Positions 14,996 to 30,797 of a stretch of 64,000 nt of DNA are shown here, in pieces. Position 1 is the first letter of the stretch; every line of letters starts with the position of its first letter. Both the position numbers and the translations under genes were made by a program. The DNA lies in assembly GCF_009914755.1 (NCBI RefSeq), contig NC_060938.1; one strand, written 5' to 3'. Origin of the DNA: the human T2T-CHM13v2.0 reference genome, Homo sapiens. The notes under the pieces were generated by a model. The model did not search any database. It was given only the letters and a program-made list of their open reading frames with translations, and was not told the DNA's origin.

Positions 14996-16734
14996 AGACG
15001 AATTTGCTTACAACTTTCAGCTTTGTTTCCTCAGGGAAAATAATGGTTATCATGTGTAGCATATGGCCTTTGCTAACCATTATGTATTGTCCTGACTACC
15101 ATGTTTATATGTTATAGTAAAAACATAGGTTTCAACTCCCTCCAACCAAGAAAAAAAACAATTAATCCAAGTGATTAATAAACAACCCCAATTGTGAAAA
15201 ACACAGTATATTTCTATCTTTCTGGTCAACCATTTTCATCAGTTATTACTATTTCTCTTTTATATCCTCCAAAAGATTATTTTTCAATTTTTTTCCAACA
15301 AGAGATATCAAATAATTCTAGGATTTTATTTCAAAAAATGTTCTAAAGTATAGTTTTTAAAAACTCTTTTAAACAACATAACAGCTGAAGCCTGCCTCTG
15401 CTTCTCCACCTCTTCTCTTTCCTCCCCCATCCCCTTGACACTCCCCTAAAAAAAAGAGCTGAAACTTGCCATATGTGTCTTTATTTGACCAATTCAATAT
15501 TGACAGTCTCCATAAACTGATACAGAAAATACTCCTCAAAATCCTGTCACTCTCAAGAAGCCTTCACCAAAAACCTAAAATAATTTTTACTTTAGCTATA
15601 TGTCGACAGCCCAAATGCAGGTTTATCATCCAATGACAACTGTTGCTCACTGAATTAAACCAAAATGACAGTAGTGAGCAAAATTGAGCAAGCGAACCTT
15701 ATATATCCCAGAATTGAACAGATTATTTTCATTGTGTTCTCAATCTTAGAAAAGGCGACATAATAGAGAAGTTGTTACATTAAATTTTTCACATTAAAAA
15801 AATCCACTTCTGGCTACTTTCCTATTTTCTTTTGGTAAAATGGTTTTAAATCACCATTTAAAAATCAGTAAAAGAATAATAAGAATGAAAATCCAACTCT
15901 AAACTCAGATCTGTGAAATTAGGCTCACTGTCTATTGAATACCCTACACCTGTTACATTTTGCCACTGGAATGGGATAAGCATTGTAACTAAATGGATTA
16001 TGCTGCATTTTACTAGAAACAAATTACCCAATACTACCATTTATGAGTTAAGATTTCCTGTAAGAAAATAGTGTAAGAAAAAAGAGGGATTATTTCATAT
16101 CTTTGAAGGGTGTTTTATCACACTGTGCAATTGCATGCAATTTAACACCTAAACTGCTTAAAGTGCAAATGATATCAACTAGTCCACCCTAAGGGCCTGG
16201 TAATAGTCCTGCCGTTTTTGCTGCTAGAGCTGGTTTTATAAGCACTTCCATTATAATAAGCTTGATCTTTCAGGATTTTTTTCCCACTCAACCATGAAAA
16301 TGTGCTGTAGTTTACAACTTGGCATAGGAGGTTTTAGCTTAACAGCTCCTATTTTTCTTCCAGCTATTTTGTCCCAAAAGAAGTCAGCTGGCCATCTCTC
16401 CAGCTTGTAAAGAAAAAAGAAAAAGAGTTTATGCTATGAATTATAGAAAATGAGTTTCAGATTAATAGTTAATTCATCAAAAATTTTTTCTAATTTCACT
16501 GATGCTAGTTTTTGACCCATCTCTACAAGAGAACCCTAAAAATATTGGGGGAACAGTAATCATTCCTTTTCACAGTAACTCCTGGCCTGGCAAGTTTTTT
16601 TCAGTGTACATAGGCTGGAAGTATAATAGGGAAATGAAAACATGTTTAAAAAAATGGTCAGATAAATCTCAAAAGGGTTATTATGGATAGGAGCAGAAGA
16701 CGTTATAATTATATCTACTTATTTGCTTCTTTGG

Positions 16735-16735
<1 letters not shown>

Positions 16736-16775
<40 letters not shown>
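16736..16775. repeat. (AC)20 microsatellite
   Basis: Perfect dinucleotide run. Confidence 0.98.
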
Positions 16776-16778
<3 letters not shown>

Positions 16779-17179
16779 AATATTGAGAAAGTGAGAGAGA
16801 GCTAGAAAACAGTACTTACAGCCTTAGACCATTGAAACCATGATGTTCTTATGCAGATATTCCCATTTTTCTGACTTTTCTCATTCCTATGGATAAAGGC
16901 CACTCTCTCAAGAGCCTTTCTGGAGAAATCCTCACAGGCAAGAATTTTTTACCTGTCATCTCTAGTTTGCATAGAGAAAAATATGAAAGATATATATTGA
17001 TTTATTTTTTCTTTTCTTCATGACTAAAGCATAACCACACATGTAGTAGCTCAACCCTGCGGCTGCAAACGAAGAACTCTCATAACTCTGGTGTATCAGT
17101 TCCCCTCATGTTTACTTATGGACTCCATTTATTCCTTTTAGTATTCCCTTACCCATCTGCATACCAAAGCCTCTTTTCT

Positions 17180-18740
17180 CAACCCTCTGTAATTTTAAAA
17201 GAAAGTATTTACACTTATTTCAAATACTACACACAAACATATTTATACGTTTAATGCATTCAGAATTTTAATTCATATATGCAATGAAATAGGGATCTGA
17301 GTTTATTTTCTCCAAACGATTGCTAATTCTTCCCAAACAATTTATTGAAAAAAGCCTTACTTTCTCTACAGATTTAAAATTCTACCTACCTATTTACTTA
17401 GACCAATCAATGTATCCTTTGTAAAGTCTTGGGGTGATACACACACACACACACAAATATGTATTATGTGTATGTATACAAATAAATTTGTAGACATTGT
17501 ATCTTTGCTTATACATACATTCTAGCTAATTTAAATCAGTATAAATAAAAATGTATTCCATTTTATGTTTATTTTGTATCCTTCAACTTTGCAGAACTTG
17601 CTTTTGTAGAGTCTATAACATATTCTAAGTAAATTTTATATCTTTCATAGCAACAAAAGCAATAGTATATTTTAATATTTCCTGGTAATTATTCTATTTT
17701 TGCTTTGTTTTAATCTTACTGCATTAATGGAACCTCTGGGGATGTTAAATAATAGTGACAGTAGTGAATATTTTGTCTCGATATCAACCTAAAAGAAAAA
17801 TGTGTAGTATTTCAAAGTTTAATATGAGTTCAGATATTTGATGTTTTGATGAATATTTTATAACATTTAGGGGGTACTTATTATTCCTATTTTGACTATA
17901 AGGCAGAATTTATCTGGATTTAATTTATCAGAATTGCCATAAGGCAAAATTTATCTTGATTTATAAGAAATGACTGAATTTTGCCACCTGCTTTTGGGGA
18001 TCATTTTTATAAAATCATGTGCTTTTTGCCATCAGATTACTGATAATAGCTAATACTTAAGTATTTCTCACCATGTGCCAGGCCTAATTAAGCATTTTAT
18101 ATGTATTAATTTATTGAGGTACTCCATATCATTATCTTCAACTTTGAAATGAGGAAGCTGGTCACACAGAGGTCACACAGCTTTGAGTGGCATAATGGGA
18201 TTCATAGCCAGCAGCCTAGTTCCAGAGCCTACACTAAGCACCACTATAAATACCACCTCTATAATGTTAACCTATTTCTAAAGTTTAGCAATGTTTGGAT
18301 TCCTGAGATAAACTATACTTTATCGTTATATATTAATCTTTTAATTCAGCACAGAATATAATTCTATGGTTTACATGATTAGTTCTGTATAAATAAATGA
18401 GATTAGCCTATAGAATTTTGTTTGAAAATGAAACATATGAGATTCTACCATTAAAGATATCTTACTTCCTAATAAGATGAATTCAGAAGCTCTCCATCTT
18501 TTTTGATGCTCAGAAATAGTTGAAATAATATAGGACATACAGGCTCTTTGGAGATTAAATATAATGCACATATGAAGTTATTTTGGTCTGCCAGCTTTTC
18601 TAGTGGTATATCTTTGATAACATTTTAAATTTCTCCCACAGTTATTACTCTTTTCAAATTTATAGACATGTGTTTATAAATATTTTCATTCAATACTTGT
18701 AATATATTTATCATAATTATGATCATTTTCTCATTTCTAA
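17180..18740 (-). mobile_element. degraded old L1 (L1M) interrupted by a MIR
   Basis: T-rich antisense L1 ORF2-like phrases (TAGGGATCT, CAATTTATTGAAAA, ATGTTAAATAATAGTG). Confidence 0.5.
18040..18246 (-). mobile_element. MIR
   Basis: ATAATAGCTAA...CCATGTGCCAGG...ATGAGGAAGCTG...AGGTCACACAGCT. Confidence 0.75.
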
Positions 18741-20321
18741 TATTATAAATCACTTTTTTCTTTTCTCTCTCTCTTTCTCTCTCTCCCCCTGTGTGTGTGT
18801 GTGGTGTGTGTGTGTTGGGGAGTACAATTAAGATTTTTATTTCAGTCTTTTATCCCCATCAGTCTGGCCAACTCTTATACTCACTCTTCAACACTTGTCT
18901 GAGAAGCTTTCCCTCATCTCCCAATACCTCCCAAGAAGACAAACTTGTCTCACCTTTGTGCCTGTGTTACCTGTATGTGTGGCACTTATATATCTTGTAG
19001 CATTTATCACAATTATTTGTTTGCCCTTCTGTCTTTTTAATACACTAAGAGCTCTTGGAGGCAGGAAAACCATCATAATAATTTCTATGTCTTCAGGTTG
19101 TATATACTTGCTCAATAATTACTTGAGGCATGCCTAAATGAAGAAAGGCTAAGAAGCATTTGCACAGTTATGCTAGTTCCAAAGTATTAAAGATCAGATT
19201 ACCTCAAATGTATTACATTGATTCAGAATGCAGTGCATATGAATAAACTTAACAACTAGGAGCCCTCCAGCTTAAAATCGATAACCATCACACCACCTTA
19301 TAGTTCATTATGTAACATTTATTTCTCTATCAAACAATGCTAACATGACAGTTGAAGTCACTTTTATTCAGGGACACTCTCCAATTGTGGATGGTGTTAA
19401 ATGTGGTATTATTACTTTTAGGAAAACTAGCTGCTATAATTTAATCAAAGACAGAAGAATAACGGGCAGTTTGTGAAAAAATAAGTACATTTTTTATATT
19501 GTAACAATGCCTTGTCATTGTTCTAGGTCATGGGGACAAGCAGTTAAAACAGGCAAAAGTCCTGTCTGCCCTCAAGGATCTTGGATACTACCAGAGACCA
19601 CATTAAATAGATAATTGGAATAAAAGGGGTAAAATGTGCTTCGATAATTAATTAAAAAGCCTTACTAAATATGTATTTTGTTCAAGATTTTGTGCAAAAA
19701 GAGATAAAAGAAGAAACACTGCCTTTCTACAAGGAGCTCATGCTATAATAGTGGGACATACATATACAGAGAAAATTAAAACAAAATAGAGATATTCGCA
19801 GAGATGTAAGGTAACACAGAGGAGTCAGACAGCATATCAGTAATGTGCCATCCTTTAGAGCTAAATATCTTAGCTTATAGCCAAAATAAGCTATAAAATT
19901 CAACAAATTTTAAAATGGGCCATTTAGGGAAAGAATGGGAGAAAGTAAAATTATTATCATATATGAGGCTTAAGAACAGATAACATGACAGAAAAATAAT
20001 TGTAAAGGACTCTTGATAATAAATGAAAAAAATGGATATTGGAACCAGTGTAGCAAGCTAAAATGAAGGAATAGGCAGATCTATAGAATGAAAGTTGTCA
20101 AAATCAACGTTTTCTGATTGTGGGGAAAAAAATTACACTAAGACGCTGAACTTTAGGGAACACATCCACAAAATATATACAATTGTGACCATTATATAAA
20201 AAATTGAGCATTATATCTGAAGCAATTTCTGTATTTGTAATGAGAAATATCCATGTCCTACCTGACTACAAAATTTCTGGTCTACGAAGCTTGCAATAGT
20301 ATATGATATTAACTTGTTTTG

Positions 20322-21404
20322 TATCGGGGGAGCCAGCCCCCAATATTTCAATGTAGGTTCTTTTATATTTTCCCTAAGTGTCGGCCGGTCTGAGAAATAA
20401 AAAGAAAGAGTAAAAAGAGATGAATTTTACAGCTGGGCCACCAGGGGTGACATCACATACCAGCAGGTTCCGTGATGCCCATCTGAGCTGCAAAACCAGC
20501 AAGTTTTTATTAGGGATTCTAAAAGGGGAGGGGGTGTACGAACAGGGAGTAAGCCACAAAGATCACACACTTCAAAGGGCAGTAAAAGATCACAAGGCAA
20601 AGGCAAAACTAGAATTACTGATAAGGGTCTGTGTCCCACTGTGCATGCATTGTCTTGATAAACATCTTAACAGGAAACAGGGTTCGAGAGCAGAGAACCG
20701 GTCTGACTAGAATTTACCAGGCTGGAATTTTCCAATCCTAGTAAGCCTGAGGGCACTGCAGGAGACCAGGGTATATTTCAGTCCTTATCTCAACCTCATA
20801 AGACAGACAATCCCAGAGCGGCCATCTGTAGACCTACCCCCAAGAATGCATTTCTTCCCCAGGGCCTCAATTATTAATATTTCTTGCTGGGAAAAGAATT
20901 CAGTGATATTTCTTCTACTCACACATCCGTCTATAGGCTTTCCGTGAGAAGAAAAATATGGCTCTATTCTACCCGACCCCGCAGGCAGTCAGACCTTATG
21001 GTTATCTTTCCTTGTTCCCTGAAAATCGCTGTTATTCTGTTCTTTTTCAGGGTGAACTGATTTCATATTGTTCAAACACACATTTTACAAACAATTTGTA
21101 CAGTTAACGCAATCATCACAGGGTCCTGAGGTGACATACATCCTCAGCTTACGAAGATGACGGGATTAAGAGATTAAAGTAAGACAGGTGTAAGAAATTA
21201 TGAAAGTATTAATTTTGGGAACTAATAAATTTCCATGAAATATTCACAGTTTATGTTCAGAGATTGCAGTAAAGACAGGTGTAAGAAATTATAAAAGTAT
21301 TAATTTTGGGAACTGATAAATGTCCATGAAATCTTCACAATTTAAGTTCTTCTGCTGCGGCTTCAGCTGGTCCCTCCATTCTGGGTCCCTGACTTCCCAC
21401 AACA
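20322..21404 (-). mobile_element. MER11 (A/B/C) solo LTR of the HERVK11 family
   Basis: Termini TATCGGGGGAGCCAGCCCC and GGTCCCTGACTTCCCACAACA match the reverse-complemented MER11 ends; about 1.08 kb; TSD GTTTT(G/T); internal ~90-bp tandem duplication at 21170-21350. Confidence 0.92.
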
Positions 21405-22244
21405 GTTTTTTAAAGAATTCCACACAAACTGGAGGTAATGCTTGATATATTACAAAAACAGCTGCCTTTCATAAAGTATTCATGTCTTTCTCTGTCTTTA
21501 TTCCCTTCCCACCGTTTACTCATTATCTCAGTCCTTTTCTCCCTTTTTTCATGTAATTCAGGATTTTTCTTTTTCTCAGTGACAAGTCTTCCTCTTGCCT
21601 TCTGAAAAGAAGTAAGATTTCAGCTTTCCAGGGCTCTGGATAATGAACTAGAATCCCAGGAAATAATTTAAAAAGAGAAAAAATGAGCCTGCTCACCATC
21701 ACCTATGGTGAGCTGGCTCAGACATAGAAGAGAATAGCATGCAAGAGAAGGGAGAGCAGGGAGGGACAAGCTCTCTTGGCCTCAGTTTCCTCATGTGTAA
21801 AATAAAGGCCTCAGATATATCATCCTGACAACAACTGATGCATGATCCCGTAAAGACTTTGTACCAGCTCATGATAGTTCCATGCTATCTACCTGGAAAA
21901 TTGCCAGTTTTTTTTCCTGCATAACTTCTTTTTTGAAGCCCTCCTAAGAAGTCTCAAGAATGGAGGAGTATCGTTTTAAATAAACTATTATGGAAGTGAG
22001 GGTAATGAGTGAAGCCTTCAGTCTGTTACCTTAGGGCCCACTGTGATTCTACAAGGAATGAGGACCAGAGGAAGACCAGGACCTGACCCATCTGTACCTA
22101 CTCTTTCCTGAACCAAATAATTTTGGGTTTCTCAGGCTAAAAGCCTCTAAACTGGTTACGAAGGCCTGACAATTTTCCATACATGTAAATTTGTTGTTCC
22201 CAATCTTGAAATAGCTGAATATCGTAGTGCACCGTGATTAATCA

Positions 22245-22577
<333 letters not shown>

Positions 22578-23177
22578 TTTTACAAATAAATTACCAAATT
22601 TTACAAATAATTATATTTTAAGTAAATTAGAGCAGACTCAAGGTTACCTACCTATAATGTCACTCTCACAATCTGTATCTCAATTTTTTCTGGAATGAGA
22701 AAGATGAAATTATAGCAAAACATGCAGAAAATTAAGCATGGGTTCTCCATGTAAACATAATCTTTTGTATCTGTTACAGGAAAGATATTGTTGAGAATTA
22801 ATGCATTAAATGGTTAATTTAATCAATAAGCAACCACTGAGATGGGATCGTGTGTGTGGTGAATAGAAAGGAGATGATCTTAATAAGGAGATGGTGGATG
22901 TGAGGGAGCACCTTGGAGTAAGAAAGAGATGCTTTGATTAGCCTATTATATATACATGGAGTCTTGCAGGGAGGCTCAGGCTTTCCCTCTGTGCTGTAAG
23001 TTGATTTATTTCTCCACCCCTATCAACTAAATTTTCTTCAGATAGTCTATTCTGTGATGTATTGCAACGTTTCCCAACCACAGCTACACGTTGATACCAC
23101 TGAGGGAACCATTAAAATACCTCCACACCTAGGCCCCATGTCCAATGGTCCTGTTTCAATTGGTTCCCACATTAATC

Positions 23178-23352
23178 CAGTGGTTCTCAAACTTTAGCAT
23201 GCTTCAAAATCACCTGGTTAGCTTGTTAAAATGTAGATATCTAGGCCCCACCTCCAGAATTTTTGATTCAGTAGTCCGTGGTGGAGTCTGAGAATTTACG
23301 TTTGTAACTGTGGCAAATACTGCTGGTCTGGGGACAACATGTTGAGAAATAA
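23178..23352. mobile_element. MER5A (hAT-Charlie), preceded by a MER5-like fragment from about 23063
   Basis: CAGTGGTTCTCAAACTTTAGCATGC...GGCCCCACCTCCAGA...TTGAGAA. Confidence 0.8.
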
Positions 23353-25124
23353 AGTATTAAACAGTGTCACAAAAAGCATCCGATAATCATAACACCATAA
23401 AAATCTATTAATAACAGCTTCCCAGACTAGTCTCATGAAGATTTTTGTTTCAGTATTTGGCATGGAAAGGGAAAATTTTTATTTTATTTTGATAATTATC
23501 TTCAATTATTCTTCTCAAAGGGCAAGTTTGGGGATCTCTACCATCAAGAGACTTCCGGCAGAAAGTGAAGGACAGTGGGGATGGCATCTGAGTTTTTTGC
23601 ATAGTGCTGCTTCATGGACTGAAGCCATGTGGCAAGTTACCATGTGTTATCAGTCTGTTCCCATATGGCAAGGGTCAGGAGAGAATCCTGTTGTATCATA
23701 ATCCGCTCTCTCTGGCCTCTCCCTTTCCGTGTCTGTCTAACCACTTTGTCTTCTATTCATGGCTGGGCCTTCTCTATCATGACCCAGCCTTCCAGCAAGC
23801 TGATTTCTCTAGCAATAGCCCTATTTTTTTCTTCCTTTTTTCATCACCTTTCTCTAATGGATGCTTTATATCATCACAATCACTATTTTCTCTCTATAGA
23901 CTTTCCTTAGATAAAATAAGTGTTGCTTTCATCCTCATTAGTTTACACTGTGAACTCTGAATTTTTTTTCTTATATTGAAGGTATGAACCCCTTGTAACA
24001 GAATACCCTTCCAACACATTGGCATTATTAAATTATTTACATTGTTAGGTTGTTTAAACATGTGTATATATAAATTTAATTTAAAGTCCTTAGAACTGTT
24101 ATCAATTATAACATAACCATAAAATTATAAATTAAAAAACTGGAAATTCAGTAAATTATAAATTAATAATGTAAATTTAATATTCTATATATATTTTAGA
24201 TATATTTAGTTATAAAAAAATACATGCTTCTATATCTAATTTGCTTCTTTATTTTGATATCAATAATACTTACACCTATCTATATAGTCCAGTTTTAGAA
24301 AATATATGAATAATATCAACTCTTTGAATTCTGGCTCATGATAATCAGACCTTGTGCTTAACCTAAAGTCTTTGAGAAAGCAATCTTAAAATGCCAATAT
24401 TAATTAAATGCCCCTTGAGAACTCTCTAAATTTGTCTTCTTTGCTTAAAGATAAATTTAGTTCCACTGTATTGTCGAAATCTGTGTTAAATGCATATGTG
24501 ATCAAATTAGTGCCACAAGAAGAAAAAGAAAAGTTATTCATAAGGTATTTAGATTTAGTATTACTGTTAATCATTGATGTGACAAAGACAGAATCTGTAC
24601 AACACAGCTCACAAAGTGAATATGGAATGACCTGCTACTGCCTTGCTTCTTTCTAGTGCAGGTGCCTATACGCTAAAGTGCCTGGTCATACTGTAACTCC
24701 ATCCAATGCCTCCCCATTAGGTACCATGAAACTATCACGAGTACATCTTGTACTGATGAAGATGACATCTGTTCTTCATTTCCTAAAATATATATGTATA
24801 TATATTTTACATTTTAAAACACAGAATTTTGAACTTCATTGTGAACCACAGATCCCAAGACTATATCTGTGAACCCAAGCACTGCACAGAAGGCACTTTG
24901 ATAGAAACACTTTAGAATAATGGTTCTCATTGGGGTAGACGAAAGAGTTGCCTGGTCCCTAGGGCAGTGGATCAGAATAACTTGAAACCTTTCTAAACTA
25001 TACATTGCTGCTTGCGATTCTAATACAGGAAACTGCTTTCATGAATTTCCTGCCATGGTAATATATTGTTGCTGATGAGAGTTTTGTTTTGTAACATAAG
25101 ATATAACATAGTGATTCTAAATAT

Positions 25125-25216
25125 AACATAGTGATTCCAAAGCTCCCTTTTCTTTTGTAACATATACATTAGTTACATATGTTACAAAATAAAAGGAGTT
25201 TTGGAATCACTATGTT
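25125..25216. repeat. near-perfect inverted repeat (41/40-bp arms, 11-nt loop)
   Basis: Left arm AACATAGTGATTCCAAAGCTCCCTTTTCTTTTGTAACATAT vs reverse complement of right arm AACATAGTGATTCCAAAACTCCTTTTATTTTGTAACATAT. Confidence 0.95.
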
Positions 25217-25389
25217 CAAAAACCACCAAAAATGTCTTCAACATCAAAATTAGATGTTTTTCCTCATTTGCCATCTTTTACCTCTCAGATCCCTGTGACA
25301 TTTATCATCTTTCCTAAAGTTCTTTCTTCTCTATGATTATTGAGAACTTATTTTATTGACTACCCATCTACTCAAGTGAATGTTCCTAA

Positions 25390-25808
<419 letters not shown>

Positions 25809-26133
25809 TAGATTTTCATTCTTAACAGCCACTCCCACTGCCATAAAATATTCAAGAAACTACTTTTAATCTTTCAAATTATTGGACAAATAAATTAAGA
25901 GGTTCAAGGATTAAATCAAAGAGTATATCAAATATGAATTTAAATAATCTAACATCTCATTACCGTACTATGATTACAAAAATAAGTCAACCATTTCAAA
26001 AGGTAGCAAAACATTGGGAAAACGAATTCAAATTATAATCAGAAATTTCAGTACACACCTATCTTAGCACAGTGAAAATTTCCATTAAGGGCAAACGGCA
26101 TGAAATGATTCTTTACATAATGTCATACCTGAT

Positions 26134-28394
26134 TGTATTAGTCCATTCTCACACTGCTGATAAAGACATACCAGAGACTGGGTAATTTGTAAAGAAAAAG
26201 AGGTGTAATGAACTCCCAATTCCAAGTGCCTGGGAAGGCCTCACAATCATGGCAAAAGATGAAATACACATCTTACATTGCAGCAGACAAGAGAGACAGA
26301 GCCAAGCACAAGAGAAAGTGCCTTATAAAATCATCAGATCTCATGAGACTTATTCACTACCATGAGAACAGTATGGGGGAAATCACCCCCATGATTCAGT
26401 TATCTCCCACAAGTGAGGATTATGGGAGGTATAATTCAAGATAAGATGTGGGTGGGGACACAGCCAAACCATATCATTCAGCCCCTGGCGCCCTCCTAAA
26501 TCTCATGTCCTCACATTTCAAAACTAATCATGCCCTCCCAACAGTCCGCCAAAGGTTTAACTCATTTCAGCATTAACTCAAAAGTCTACAAAACAAAGTC
26601 TAATCTGAGACAAGGCAAGTCCCTTCCATCTATGCCCTTGTAAAATCAAAAGCAAGTTAGTTACTTCCTAGATACAGTGGAGGTGCAGGCATTGGATCAA
26701 TACACTCATTCTAAATGGGAGAAATTGGCCAAAATGAAGGGGCTAAAGGCCCCATGCAAATCCAAAATCCAGTGGGGCAGTCAAATCTTAAGCTCCGAAA
26801 TGATCTCCTTTGACTCCCTGTCTCATGTCCAGGTCACGCTGATGCACAAGGTGGGTTCCCATGGTCTTGGGCGGCTGACCCCTGTGGCTTTGCAGGGTAC
26901 AGCCTCCCTCCAGCTGCTTTCACAGGCTGGAGTTGAGTGTCCTTGGCTTTTCCAGGCACACAGTGCAAGCGGTCAGAAGATCTACCATTCTGGGGTCTGG
27001 AGGACAGTGGTGCTCTTCTCACAGCTCCACTAGGCAGTGCCCCAGTAAGGACTTTATGTGGGGCTTCAATCCCACATTTCCCTTCCACCTTGCCCTAGCA
27101 GAGCTTCTCCATGAGGGCTCTGCCCCTGCAGCAGACTTCTGCCTGGACACACAGGTATTTCCATACATCCTCTGAAATCTAGGCAGACATTCCCAAATCT
27201 CAATTCTTGAATTCTGTGCACTCTCATGCTCAACTCCTAGAAGCTGCCAAGGTTTGGGGCTTGCACCTTCTGAAATCACACCTGAGCTTTACCTTGGCCT
27301 CTTTTAGCCATGGCCAGAGCAGCTAGGACACAAGGCACCAAGTCCCTAGGCTGCACAGAGCAGGGGGACCCTGTGCCCAGCCTATAAAACCATTTTTTTC
27401 CTCCTAGGCCTACTGGGCCTGAGATGCAAGGGGCTGCTGAGAAGGTCTCTGACACGCTGTGGTGACATTTTCCCCATTGTCTTGGCAATTAACATTTGGC
27501 TCCCCGTTACTTATGCAAATTTCTACAGCTGGCTTGAATTTCTTCTCAGAAAATAGGTTTTTATTTTCTATTGCATCATCAGTCAGCAAATTTTCTGAAC
27601 TTTTATGCTCTGTTTCCCTTTTAAAACCTAATGCTTTTAACAGTACCCAAGTCACCTCTTAAATGCTTGGCTGCTTAGAAATTTCTTTCGCCAAATACCC
27701 TAAATCATCTCCCTCAAGGTTCCACAAATCTCTAGAGCAGGAGAAAATGTTGCCAGTCTCTTTGCTGAAACATAGCAAGAGTCACCTTTATTCCAGTTCC
27801 CAACAAGTTCCTCATCTCCATCCGAGACCACGTCAGCCTGGACTTTATTGTCCATATCACTATCAGCATTTTGATCAAAGCCATTCGACAAGTCTCTAGG
27901 AAGTTCCAAACTTTCCCACATTTTCCTGTCTTCTTCTGAGCCCTCCAAACCATTCCAGCCTCTGCCTGTACCCAGTTCCATAGTTGCTTTCACATTTTCA
28001 GCACCACCCCACTTTACTGGTACCAATTTACTGTATTCGTCCATTTTCATGCTGCTGATAAAGACATACGTGAGACTGGGTAATTTATAAAGAAAAGAGA
28101 TTTAATGGACTCACAGTTTCATATGGCTGGAGAGGCCTCACAATCATGGCAGAAGGGATAAAGCACATCTTACATGACAGCAGATAAGAGACAGAGTGAG
28201 AGCCAAGTGAAAGGGGAAACCCCTTATAAAACCATCAGATCTCATGAGATGTATTCACTACCATGAGAACAGTATGGAGGCAACCACCCCCATGATTCAA
28301 CTATCTCCCACTGGGTTCCTCCCGCAACATGTGGGAATTATGGGAGCTACAATTCAAAATGAGATTTGGATGAGGACACAGCCAAACCATATAG
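26134..28394 (-). mobile_element. full-length THE1C-like MaLR provirus (3' LTR 26134-26476, internal 26477-28031, 5' LTR 28032-28394)
   Basis: Two direct-repeat LTRs (TGTATTAGTCCATT...GCCAAACCATAT), THE1-int start (GGTACCAATTTAC on +), 5-bp TSD CTGAT at 26129-26133 and 28395-28399. Confidence 0.95.
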
Positions 28395-28879
28395 CTGATT
28401 AACTCAGTATAGAACTTAAAGTACTATTAAGTCATATTTTTTAAAAAATAATGCAATGGTTAGTCAGAAAACAAGTACTTTGGAAAACAAATTCTGGTTT
28501 TAAATATGTTCTTAATGAATAGGCTTTGATACACACACGCACGCATGCACACATGCATGCATGCACTAATATGCATGCAAAAATATTTGGATAAGGATAA
28601 AGACAAGAATAGATAGACAAAAAGGTATTCTCCCAGAGGATTTTCTGGCCTGAGTGCAACTGAGGAAGACTTTGTATTATATATATAGAAGGAAGAAAAA
28701 ATGACTTAAAAAAATCTCTGATATTTCAGTTTCCCTGGAGGAATATAGAAATGTATATTAGATATACTTATATGCGGAAGAATTTTAAAAATTGCCCTGT
28801 GATTTTTAAGATATAACACTTGAGAAAGGGTCTATAATACCTATATATTAATGTAATTTTTGCGTTTTTGTCTTGGCTT

Positions 28880-30400
<1,521 letters not shown>

Positions 30401-30410
30401 TAGATCATGT

Positions 30411-30797
30411 TATTAGTCAGGTTAGGCTATGTATGCTGTAGTGGTAATCTAATTCCTAAATATCCTAACACAACAAATATTCATATCTTGCACATGTCTA
30501 ATACTGGTCTGCAAATGTTTTACTGCATTTAGTCAATCAGTGACCCAGATATGGAAAGCCTTGTTGTATTGAGATACCACCATCTCGGTAACATGCTTCA
30601 AGGGCCACCATGATAGAGAAAAATACTGATCAAGGGGCTCATAGCTTTTCACTTCCTTGGCCAGAATGTGACATACATCCCTCCAACCATAGCCAATTGG
30701 TCAGAACTGTTCTCATGGTCCCAACCCATTGCAAGGGTACATGAGAAATTTAAAGGTGTATGTACAATATTATGTGACCATTTCTATATCTGCCACA
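30411..30797 (-). mobile_element. MLT1-type (MaLR) LTR
   Basis: TATTAGTCAGGTTAGGCTATG...CCAATTGGTCAGAAC...CATGGTCCCA...CTGCCACA. Confidence 0.7.

Noticed and set aside
21170-21350. ~90-bp tandem duplication
   Set aside because: Lies within MER11 and, as far as I recall, is part of the family consensus rather than locus-specific
26208-28050. Cluster of 67-118 aa ORFs
   Set aside because: Broken reading frames within the THE1 LTR/internal region; no intact gene
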